A stretch of 64,000 nucleotides of DNA. It comes from Flavihumibacter sp. GTDB lineage: Bacteria; Bacteroidota; Bacteroidia; Chitinophagales; Chitinophagaceae. Positions within the stretch are counted from its first letter, which is position 1. Every line of letters begins with the position of its first letter. The stretch is taken from the NCBI RefSeq assembly GCF_036676075.1, contig NZ_JAKFDQ010000016.1:104071-168070 (forward strand), read 5' to 3'. The notes under the pieces are model-generated. The model did no database searches. It saw only the letters and a program-made list of their open reading frames with translations, and was not told the DNA's origin. The position numbers and the translations under genes are program-made. This document shows, piece by piece, positions 1-8,460 of this stretch.

Positions 1-127
1 ACTGTGCGCCAGCTTGTGTGTATGTAGCTATTCCGGATGGGTCATCATCACTGGCACCGGTAATAAGGCTGGGACCAAGTGCTTTTCGGATATAATTGAT
101 CCGCTTTGCTTTTCTTCTTTTTCTCAT
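1..127 (-). CDS. NRAMP-family divalent metal transporter, N-terminus only (runs off the left edge)
   Basis: Manual translation MRKRRKAKRINYIRKALGPSLITGASDDDPSGIATYTQAGAQ contains the LGPxLITGASDDDPSGIATY signature. The ATG overlaps the upstream TGA (ATGA). Not in the ORF track. Confidence 0.85.
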   Translation of the reverse strand, partial: MRKRRKAKRINYIRKALGPSLITGASDDDPSGIATYTQAGAQ

Positions 128-801
128 GTTCGGTCGGCTTTCACCCAGCCGGCACGGATCGCAAAAAGAACGAGCCCAACCCGGCTCTTCACCTGTAACT
201 TTTCAAAAAGAGCTTCCCTGTAACCATCAATTGTTCGCTCACTGAGTTTCATGGAATTCGCGATCTCTTTATAAGTCATTTCAGAGGCTGCATATTTAAG
301 GAATTCCATCTCGCGCTCTGTAAGCCTTACCAATTGATCAGGATTCTTTTCTTCTTTATGTATCGTGTGTATCAACTTGCCCGTAACAAAATCTGAATAA
401 TAAAATCCGCGTTCGAGAATCTCTGTCATGGCACGCTGAAGTTCTGACTGGGTGCAATCTTTCAGCAGATAACCGCGGCAGCCCGCCCTTATCATCTGTA
501 TCACCGAAGTTTCATCGTCATTCATACTCAGGGCCAGCAACCGGATATTGGGATAGCTCTCCGAAAGCTGCCTGGCTGTTGCCACACCATTCATCTCCGG
601 CATATTAATATCCAGGATGGCGATATCAGGAAGGGTGGGAGAGCTGGCAAGTTTTTCCAATAATACTTTTCCATTACTTCCTATGAGTATAACTTCAAAG
701 CCAGGTATATCATTTATAAGATGTGAAAGCGACTCGGCAACTAAACGGTGATCATCGGCGATGGCAACCATATAACGCGATGGTGATTTACTGGGTGACA
801 T
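124..801 (-). CDS. NarL/LuxR-family response regulator
   Basis: REC domain (IADDH, LDINMP, GYLLK) plus C-terminal LuxR HTH (LTEREMEFL...SERTIDGYR). Confidence 0.95.
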   Translation of the reverse strand: MSPSKSPSRYMVAIADDHRLVAESLSHLINDIPGFEVILIGSNGKVLLEKLASSPTLPDIAILDINMPEMNGVATARQLSESYPNIRLLALSMNDDETSVIQMIRAGCRGYLLKDCTQSELQRAMTEILERGFYYSDFVTGKLIHTIHKEEKNPDQLVRLTEREMEFLKYAASEMTYKEIANSMKLSERTIDGYREALFEKLQVKSRVGLVLFAIRAGWVKADRT

Positions 802-1606
802 TTTCTGTTATTTTAGGAAGTCTGATGGTAATAATTGTGCCCATACCCGGACTGCTATCTATATTTATTTCTGCTCCCACAAGCGCTGCCCGCTTCTGCA
901 GGTTACGGAGGCCTGATCCGGCATCTTCAATTGTACGGGAATAATTATCGCCGGGACTAAATCCTTTTCCGTTATCACTGATCCTGAGTTGGAAATCCAA
1001 TGCTGTATAAACCATTGAAATGCTGATCTCAGTAGCGGCAGCGTGTTTCAGGATATTATTCAGTATCTCCTGAACCATCCTGAAAATTACTATCTCTTTT
1101 TTGGAATCTATATTGAAATCTTCACCCTGTGTATGGAACTGGCAATTGATCATTGCCGTTTGCTCGATTCGTTGTAATTCAAAACGGATCGATTCGCGAA
1201 GGCCATAAGAAGTTAGCATATCAGAATTTAAACCCTTCGATAGCATCCTGATATATTTAATAACATCTGCCAGAATCTGGTTGGTATCGGTGATACGTTT
1301 AACTGGTGCCTGTCCGTCCAGTTCTTTCTCAAGTATGTTGAGATTGATCCTGGCCACACTGAGAAGCTGCCCCATATTATCATGGATCTCCTGGCTCACA
1401 TCTCGCAGGGTCTGGTCCCTGCTTTCAATCTGTGTGGTAAGCACCTCTTTCTCATAGGCCTCTTTTAGTTGCTGCTGTTCATGATCCTGCCTGATCCTTC
1501 TTTTCTGACTACTGAAGATAAAATACACAACAAATCCACTCAACGCCAGCATAATTATTACCGCCGCTGCAAGGGTGTAAATGATCTCAAATTCGGTAGG
1601 CTTCAT
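788..1606 (-). CDS. HisKA_3-type sensor histidine kinase with one N-terminal TM helix
   Basis: H-box SQEIHDNMGQ, N-box QEILNNILKHA, DNGKGF, GSGLRN, G2 box PGMGT. Confidence 0.95.
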   Translation of the reverse strand: MKPTEFEIIYTLAAAVIIMLALSGFVVYFIFSSQKRRIRQDHEQQQLKEAYEKEVLTTQIESRDQTLRDVSQEIHDNMGQLLSVARINLNILEKELDGQAPVKRITDTNQILADVIKYIRMLSKGLNSDMLTSYGLRESIRFELQRIEQTAMINCQFHTQGEDFNIDSKKEIVIFRMVQEILNNILKHAAATEISISMVYTALDFQLRISDNGKGFSPGDNYSRTIEDAGSGLRNLQKRAALVGAEINIDSSPGMGTIITIRLPKITENVTQ

Positions 1607-1615
1607 GAAACATAT

Positions 1616-2254
1616 TTATCCTGTTACCCTTTTCTTCTGTAATGTAAAATTAATTATGAATGAAAGGTAAAAAAGCCATTCACTAACTATCAGAATTGGG
1701 ATCACCTTAACCTGACCCTCCCGGCTAAGAAAGTTATGAATGCCCATGGAAAGAAAGGAAGAAATAGAATTGATAAGGATACCCATCGCAATCCAGAAAC
1801 TGTACTGGTGGATGGTCTCCTGCCAGTTGTTGCGATCAAACAGCCGGGCTATATAGAACAGGATCTGGATGATCAGTAAGAGACAGGTTAAAACTATTAT
1901 GATCGTATTAAGGCTGGTGGTGGGAGGTTGAAGATAATATCCATTCAAAATTGCGGCGATATATACAAAACCTATCGATAATTTAAGGGCATTCTTCAAC
2001 CTCCCCATTTCACCCAACAATGCAATTGTCAGCAAAGCATAGTATATGGGACGGTAGGTGTGATAGTAAAGAAAATTATTTTCATAGATACGAGCCATCA
2101 AAGCATCCATGATTTCGCCCGGCAATGCTACAAGCAGGAAAAAAAGAAACAACCTGTTGGCATTGCTAAGTTTTTCCTCACGTATAAAACCCACGATCAG
2201 TGCTATTACAATGAGCGCTAATTTTACAAGGGTTCCGATCACATATATATTCAT
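1616..2254 (-). CDS. multi-pass (about 6-7 TM) membrane protein, candidate sensory partner of the kinase
   Basis: Consecutive hydrophobic segments; ends 9 bp before the kinase start. Confidence 0.75.
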   Translation of the reverse strand: MNIYVIGTLVKLALIVIALIVGFIREEKLSNANRLFLFFLLVALPGEIMDALMARIYENNFLYYHTYRPIYYALLTIALLGEMGRLKNALKLSIGFVYIAAILNGYYLQPPTTSLNTIIIVLTCLLLIIQILFYIARLFDRNNWQETIHQYSFWIAMGILINSISSFLSMGIHNFLSREGQVKVIPILIVSEWLFYLSFIINFTLQKKRVTG

Positions 2255-2276
2255 TGTCCTTGAAGCTTAAGGGAAA

Positions 2277-2669
2277 TTACCCTTTTCCGCAGATGGTTGG
2301 GCATGGATAATATACCATATAGATTACATCAGCGAAAGCATCAGATCTTTTGTAATTGAGTTGCTGACGTGATCCGTATATTATGAAAACAGGGCTTTTG
2401 AATTCAGGATGTTTGCCATAATAAATGGATATACCTGAAATGCCTTCCTGGCGGATCAGCGAATCGAGTACAACGTTAGGAATAAACATTCCCCTTTTAA
2501 ACTTTCCCCTGAATAATGGCTTCTTTTCGTAATTCTTTATATACTCGGATGCTGTAGAATCTGAGATCTGGACTGCCTGGTATTTTCCTTCGTCAACGAT
2601 CTTGTTGATGGAAGTGCAGGAAGCAAGTACTATCATACCTGCAAACAGGTATAGCATAAAATATTTCAT
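2277..2669 (-). CDS. lipoprotein with C-terminal PCPxxC motif
   Basis: Lipobox LASC at residues 15-18; ends YYPCPTICGKG. Confidence 0.8.
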   Translation of the reverse strand: MKYFMLYLFAGMIVLASCTSINKIVDEGKYQAVQISDSTASEYIKNYEKKPLFRGKFKRGMFIPNVVLDSLIRQEGISGISIYYGKHPEFKSPVFIIYGSRQQLNYKRSDAFADVIYMVYYPCPTICGKG

Positions 2670-2781
2670 GGCAACTGGTTTAGGTTAATGTGTATTATAA
2701 ATATAACTAAATGGTCATGGAAAAACCAGGGTTTGTTGTTCACGCCCCCTGGTTATATGAAAAGTAAGCACACATACTACT

Positions 2782-2919
2782 TCATTCTTTCCTGTTGATC
2801 TTGATATGCTGTTGACGTTTGTGATAAAGCACCACAAGCATGGTCACCAGCGTCAGCAATGCCATAATTAGCATCAGCCAGGGAAGTGTTTCGATGGAAA
2901 GGCTAAGCAATTTTTCCAT
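2782..2919 (-). CDS. 45-aa single-TM small protein (below the ORF-track cutoff)
   Basis: MEKLLSLSIETLPWLMLIMALLTLVTMLVVLYHKRQQHIKINRKE: one hydrophobic helix and a basic tail, co-directional with the operon. Confidence 0.55.
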   Translation of the reverse strand: MEKLLSLSIETLPWLMLIMALLTLVTMLVVLYHKRQQHIKINRKE

Positions 2920-3099
2920 ACAACTGATTTGAACTGTTTATAATAGAGGCCGGTATGGCTGTGGCGCCACGAGGCTACCACAACCGTGACCGACCGAACC
3001 CGATTCTTTGGTGAAAGTAGTTCACCCGCTATCCCCGGGAAAGGGGAGATTCCTCGTTTTACCACGGGAAAAACCCCGTATGCATGATTTAACAACAAC

Positions 3100-3126
3100 A
3101 AAAAAAAGGTCCGCCGTTGGCAGACC
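3100..3126 (-). terminator. intrinsic terminator-like hairpin upstream of the signalling operon
   Basis: Minus strand GGTCTGCC-AAC-GGCGGACC followed by T8. Confidence 0.6.
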
Positions 3127-3283
3127 GGGGCTAAAATAGGTGCGAGGGAATAAAAGCCCATTTGATAAGGTAATGGTTAGTGGTATCTGATGTAAGCATC
3201 CCAACACTGTAAATCTAAGATCATTTTCCAGGGTAATAACGGGCGTTAATCACGTGTGCAGGGGGGTATTTTCCCCGTTACAT

Positions 3284-3314
3284 AAAAAAGCCGCTGTGTA
3301 TTATACAGCGGCTT
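3284..3314 (-). terminator. intrinsic terminator of aconitase
   Basis: AAGCCGCTGT-N7-ACAGCGGCTT with a T-run on the minus strand. Confidence 0.8.
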
Positions 3315-3335
3315 CTATATTTTGCTAAGTTGAAA

Positions 3336-5603
3336 TTAACTGACGAACTGGTTACGAATGATATTCAATGCAGCACCTGCTTTGAACCATTCTATCTGCT
3401 GGTCATTATAGCTGTGATTGGCCAGTATCGTGTCGGAACTTCCATCCGTATGATTCAAAACGATCTGCAGCGGCTCGCCTGGTGAGAAAGTAGTCAGACC
3501 AAGAATATCTATACTATCATCTTCCAGGATCTTGTCGTAATCCGATTTCTCCGCAAATGTCAGTGCCAGCATTCCCTGCTTTTTGAGGTTGGTTTCGTGT
3601 ATACGTGCAAAGCTCTTCACCAACACCGCCCTAACACCAAGATGACGCGGTTCCATGGCAGCATGCTCGCGACTGGAGCCTTCTCCATAGTTCTCATCAC
3701 CTACAACTATAGATCCTATGCCCGCTGCTTTATACGCACGTTGTGTTCCTGGCACTGCACCATAATCACCCGTCAACTGGTTCTTTACATTATCAGTTTT
3801 CTCATTGAAGAAATTCACCGCTCCAATAAGAAGGTTGTTACTGATATTATCCAGATGGCCCCTGAACTTCAGCCATGGACCCGCCATTGAAATATGGTCG
3901 GTTGTACATTTCCCTTTAGCCTTGATCAGCAATTTCAATCCCCTCAGGTCTGTTCCTTCCCAAGCCGGGAATGGATCCAACAACTGAAGTCGCTTTGACG
4001 CCGGATCAACTTTTACCTGCACCCCGCTACCATCGGCTGCTGGTGCCTGGTAGCCTGCATCTTCCACATCAAAACCTCTTGCAGGAAGCTCATCACCCGT
4101 TGGTGGATCAAGTTTTACCTGCTCACCTTTATCATTGGTTAATGTATCTGTAAGCGGATTGAAAGAAAGATCACCTGCAATGGCCAGGGCCGTTACAATT
4201 TCCGGTGAAGCTACAAATGCATAAGTATTAGGGTTACCATCAGCCCTCTTTGCAAAGTTCCTGTTGAAGGAATGTACGATGGTATTCTTTTCCTGCTTTT
4301 CTGCTCCCATGCGATCCCACATTCCGATACAGGGTCCGCATGCATTCGCGAATACCTTGGCACCTATGCCATTGAATATATCGAGGAATCCATCGCGCTC
4401 AATGGTATAACGTACTTGTTCAGAACCCGGGGTTATCATGAACTCGGCTTTCGTCTTCAGGCCTTTTTCATTTACCTGTTTTGCCAGACTTACTGCTCTA
4501 CTGATATCTTCATAAGATGAGTTGGTGCAGGAACCAATCAGACCAACTTCAACTTTTGTAGGCCAGCCATTCTTAGCAGCCTCTTCCTTCATTTGGGAGA
4601 TCGGTGTTGCCAGGTCGGGCGTGAAAGGACCATTAAGATGTGGCTCCAGTTCACTCAGGTTGATCTCGATCACCTGGTCAAAATATTGTTCTGGATTGGC
4701 ATACACTTCAGCATCTGCAGTAAGATGTTCGCGAATGCCATCAGCCAGAGCAGCAACTTCTGCACGGCCGGTAGCTTTCAGGTACCTGCTCATACTGTCA
4801 TCATATCCAAAGGTGGAAGTAGTAGCTCCTATTTCCGCACCCATATTACAAATTGTTCCTTTACCGGTACAGCTCATGCTGGTAGCGCCTTCGCCAAAAT
4901 ATTCCACCACGGCACCAGTACCGCCTTTCACGGTAAGGATACCCGCAACCTTAAGGATCACATCCTTAGGGGCTGTCCAGCCATTGAGTTTGCCGGTAAG
5001 TTTTACCCCGATCAGTTTAGGCATTTTCAATTCCCATGCAAGTCCACTCATTACATCACAGGCATCTGCACCACCAACTCCTATCGCGATCATTCCCAGT
5101 CCACCCGCATTCACGGTATGACTATCTGTTCCTATCATCATTCCACCAGGGAAGGCATAATTCTCCAGCACAACCTGGTGAATAATTCCTGCTCCCGGCT
5201 TCCAGAAGCCAATTCCATATTTGTTTGAAACCGAAGCAAGGAAATCATACACTTCACTGCTCTCATGCACGGCACGGTCGAGGTCAACTTTACTATTGTC
5301 CTTGGCCACTATCAGGTGATCACAATGCACGGTGGAAGGAACCGCTACAGTAGTTCTGCCCGCCTGCATAAATTGCAACAGCGCCATCTGGGCCGTCGCA
5401 TCCTGCATGGCTACACGGTCGGGTGCAAAATCCACATAGCTTTTTCCTCTTTCAAAAGACTCTGTGGCGTCTCCCTGCCAGAGGTGGGCATACAATATCT
5501 TTTCTGTTAATGTGAGTGGTCGGCCAACAACCTTACGGGCAGCACTAACGCGGCCGGGGAAGCTGGCATACACTTTTCTGATCATCTCTAGGTCGAAAAC
5601 CAT
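3336..5603 (-). CDS. acnA: aconitate hydratase (mitochondrial-like Bacteroidota type)
   Basis: [43 protein letters not shown] and [10 protein letters not shown] motifs. Confidence 0.96.
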   Translation of the reverse strand: MVFDLEMIRKVYASFPGRVSAARKVVGRPLTLTEKILYAHLWQGDATESFERGKSYVDFAPDRVAMQDATAQMALLQFMQAGRTTVAVPSTVHCDHLIVAKDNSKVDLDRAVHESSEVYDFLASVSNKYGIGFWKPGAGIIHQVVLENYAFPGGMMIGTDSHTVNAGGLGMIAIGVGGADACDVMSGLAWELKMPKLIGVKLTGKLNGWTAPKDVILKVAGILTVKGGTGAVVEYFGEGATSMSCTGKGTICNMGAEIGATTSTFGYDDSMSRYLKATGRAEVAALADGIREHLTADAEVYANPEQYFDQVIEINLSELEPHLNGPFTPDLATPISQMKEEAAKNGWPTKVEVGLIGSCTNSSYEDISRAVSLAKQVNEKGLKTKAEFMITPGSEQVRYTIERDGFLDIFNGIGAKVFANACGPCIGMWDRMGAEKQEKNTIVHSFNRNFAKRADGNPNTYAFVASPEIVTALAIAGDLSFNPLTDTLTNDKGEQVKLDPPTGDELPARGFDVEDAGYQAPAADGSGVQVKVDPASKRLQLLDPFPAWEGTDLRGLKLLIKAKGKCTTDHISMAGPWLKFRGHLDNISNNLLIGAVNFFNEKTDNVKNQLTGDYGAVPGTQRAYKAAGIGSIVVGDENYGEGSSREHAAMEPRHLGVRAVLVKSFARIHETNLKKQGMLALTFAEKSDYDKILEDDSIDILGLTTFSPGEPLQIVLNHTDGSSDTILANHSYNDQQIEWFKAGAALNIIRNQFVS

Positions 5604-5776
5604 AACGATGTATGTTTGAGGTTTGATTTATAGAGGTTTGAAACCTGGCCTCAACTTTTCCCGGTTTGGGGAACAGGACCAGGGGAAAACCATGGGCACC
5701 GCGAAATTACCGATAAAACCGCTTTCTTTATAACCTTTTCGACTGCTAAATTGTTGAAATTGTCTAATTTGCTATT

Positions 5777-5998
5777 ATGAAGAACTTCAAACACTTTATT
5801 GAGTGGCATGTGTTTGGCGTGTGCTCCTATTTGGGCGACAAGATGGGTATAGCACCAGCTACCATCCGAAAACACTTCATGTATATTTCACTGCTCACCA
5901 TGGGATCTCCCATCGTGTTCTATCTTTTCACAGCTTTCTGGCTGAACATCCGTCAGTATATATATGACGGAAGAAGAAATCCGCTTCGGAATTTCTAG
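5777..5998 (+). CDS. PspC-domain small membrane protein
   Basis: FGVCSYLGDKMGI...IR..F followed by a TM segment. Confidence 0.75.
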   Translation: MKNFKHFIEWHVFGVCSYLGDKMGIAPATIRKHFMYISLLTMGSPIVFYLFTAFWLNIRQYIYDGRRNPLRNF

Positions 5999-6000
5999 GA

Positions 6001-6621
6001 TCAACGGCTGAAATAGTACCCGATTCCAACGCCTGCCTGCGCTGTTCGCATCTTAGGCTTGGTATCACCGTTGGTTATACTCACCAATCCATAGTGATAT
6101 CCTGCATCTACAAAGAACCCGTTGCTGAAATGATATCCAAGAATCCCGCTCACAGATACATTCACCGGATTATACTGTGTCATGCTGAATACCAGTGGGT
6201 CAGTTGCTTCAGAGGTTTTAACTGATCCCGAAAATGCATATCCCAACGCCGGACCAAATTCTGTATACAACCCCTGGTGATGTATCCGCCCCAGTTCAAT
6301 ATGGAAGAGCATGGGGATCTCAATATAATGTAAGCGAAAGGTTTCAGTATCTCCATTTGTTTCACCAGGCAACTTAAGTCCGTTGGTAGAATACTGCAGC
6401 CTTGGAGCAAAATAAAGACGGTTATCAAAATCCGCTTTCATTCCTATCGAAGCAGTAAAACCCTGCACAGATGTTCCATTGGTTGTATTTCCATTGTCCT
6501 TGTCAACCCTTTTGCCAGAACTCATCTGCCATCCTGCTCTTACATTCCACCTGGTTGATTGTGCATGTGTAGTGCCCGCAATTAATATTACGGTTGCCGC
6601 TGCTAAAATTCGTTTCCTCAT
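6001..6621 (-). CDS. outer-membrane beta-barrel (PorT-like) protein
   Basis: Signal peptide, LHYIEIPMLF strand, aromatic C-terminal strand. Confidence 0.75.
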   Translation of the reverse strand: MRKRILAAATVILIAGTTHAQSTRWNVRAGWQMSSGKRVDKDNGNTTNGTSVQGFTASIGMKADFDNRLYFAPRLQYSTNGLKLPGETNGDTETFRLHYIEIPMLFHIELGRIHHQGLYTEFGPALGYAFSGSVKTSEATDPLVFSMTQYNPVNVSVSGILGYHFSNGFFVDAGYHYGLVSITNGDTKPKMRTAQAGVGIGYYFSR

Positions 6622-6637
6622 TGATTGTTTTGGTTAT

Positions 6638-8332
6638 TTAGAATCCTTCCGCTGCATCATCACCCCGCTTGTCTCCTACAGCTTCAATAGTTCCGTCATC
6701 TAATATTTTTATCACTTCTGTTCTTCCGATTTGTCCCCTGCGCTTTATCTCATACCCCATTTTTTCAAGGGCGGCACTGATCTCTAATGGAAAATCTTTT
6801 TCCAGGAAAAGAATATCTGGCGACCATTGCATATGAAATTTCGGTTTGTTCACTGCATCGAAAGTACTCATATTGAAATCGATCATATTCACCAGTGTCT
6901 GATAAACCGATGTTGTGATGGTAGTACCTCCCGGCGTTCCGGCTACAATATAGGGCTTACCGTTTTTAAGTACAATAGTCGGCGTCATTGAACTTAGCAT
7001 GCGTTTGCCGGCTACAATGGCATTGGCCTCACCGCCAATGGCGCCAAACATATTTGGCACTCCCGGCTTTACACTAAAATCATCCATCTCATTGTTCAAT
7101 AGAAATCCAGCCCCGCCCACTACAGTACAGGCGCCATATCCGCCATTAAGTGTGGTAGTGATCGCAACAGCATTTCCTGAACCATCAACAATGCTGAGGT
7201 GAGTGGTTTCTTCACTTTCCTTTTCTACAGATCCTTCCCTTATTGCCTTGCTATTGCCGGCAGTATCAGGCTTGTATAAACGCAATCTTTCCTTTATATA
7301 GGCATCGCTGGTAAGCTTTGCTACCGGCACTTTATAAAAATCCTCATCGCCTAAATAAAAGGCACGGTCAGCATAGGCAAGCCTTTCGATCTCTGTCATC
7401 AGTTGTACCGCCTTCAACGAATGGAATCCATATTCAGCAATCGGAAACTGGTCGGTCATCTTCAGCATCATCGGTAATAAAACGCCTCCACTCGATGGAA
7501 GCGGCATCGTTACCACATCATATCCTTTGTATTTAAACGCAGATGGATTCCTGCTCACCGCTTTATAATCTTTCAGGTCCTTACGGCTGATGATTCCACC
7601 ACCTCTTTTCATTTCTGCCACCAGCAGCTTAGCTGTTTTGCCGGCGTAAAATCCTTTCATCCCACGCTTGCTGATCCGCCTTAATGTATTGGCAAGGTCT
7701 TTCTGCACCAGCGTATCACCAGCCTTCCATGGATTTTTTTTCGTGAAAACAGTTGACGTAGTATTGTATTTCAGGAAGTTTTCCCGCTCACTATTAAGTC
7801 CATCTGCTTCTTCTTCTGTGATCCTGAATCCATTCTCTGCCAGTTCAATAGCTGGCGCGATGAGATCACGGAATGGCAACCGGGCATATGTATGCGCAGT
7901 AAACAATCCGGCAACCGAACCGGGAACACCTGCCGCCAAATGCCCATACTGGCTCTTATCAAGGTCGGCATTGCCTGCAGAATCGAGGTACATATCACGA
8001 TGGGCCTTGCCCGGGGCTTTCTCCCTGAAATCAAGGGTGATATTTCTTCCGTCATTCAGGTGGGCCACCATAAATCCACCCCCGCCAATATTTCCCGCCC
8101 CCGGATAAACAACCGCCAGGGCAAGCTTTGTCGCAATAGCGGCATCTATGGCATTGCCACCTTTCTTCAGGATCATCACACCCACCTTACTGGCAAGCGG
8201 ATGTGCCGATACCACTGCTCCATTCCTTCCTTTGAATGTTTTTTGTATTGAATAGTTATAGGGATCCAACTCCTGGGCCACAACCACATTAACCACTAAC
8301 AGTCCATAAATAACCGGGAGAAAATATTTCAT
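6638..8332 (-). CDS. ggt: gamma-glutamyltransferase
   Basis: GGNAIDAA, GNIGGGGF, catalytic ETTHLS, NNEMDDF and LSSMTP motifs. Confidence 0.96.
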   Translation of the reverse strand: MKYFLPVIYGLLVVNVVVAQELDPYNYSIQKTFKGRNGAVVSAHPLASKVGVMILKKGGNAIDAAIATKLALAVVYPGAGNIGGGGFMVAHLNDGRNITLDFREKAPGKAHRDMYLDSAGNADLDKSQYGHLAAGVPGSVAGLFTAHTYARLPFRDLIAPAIELAENGFRITEEEADGLNSERENFLKYNTTSTVFTKKNPWKAGDTLVQKDLANTLRRISKRGMKGFYAGKTAKLLVAEMKRGGGIISRKDLKDYKAVSRNPSAFKYKGYDVVTMPLPSSGGVLLPMMLKMTDQFPIAEYGFHSLKAVQLMTEIERLAYADRAFYLGDEDFYKVPVAKLTSDAYIKERLRLYKPDTAGNSKAIREGSVEKESEETTHLSIVDGSGNAVAITTTLNGGYGACTVVGGAGFLLNNEMDDFSVKPGVPNMFGAIGGEANAIVAGKRMLSSMTPTIVLKNGKPYIVAGTPGGTTITTSVYQTLVNMIDFNMSTFDAVNKPKFHMQWSPDILFLEKDFPLEISAALEKMGYEIKRRGQIGRTEVIKILDDGTIEAVGDKRGDDAAEGF

Positions 8333-8460
8333 GCACCTTATTATGGGCTAAAAATAATGATTCTTTTCACCTATCGTTTAAATCGATTCATGAGTTTACC
8401 CATCGGGTGAAATTCCTTAGCTTCACAACTCTTTTTACAATTAATATGTTTTAACGCAAT

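Noticed and set aside
2874-3207. 95-aa and 61-aa ORFs in the aconitase-lipoprotein gap
   Set aside because: They have no motifs and run through a terminator and hairpins; better explained as non-coding sequence plus the 45-aa ORF.
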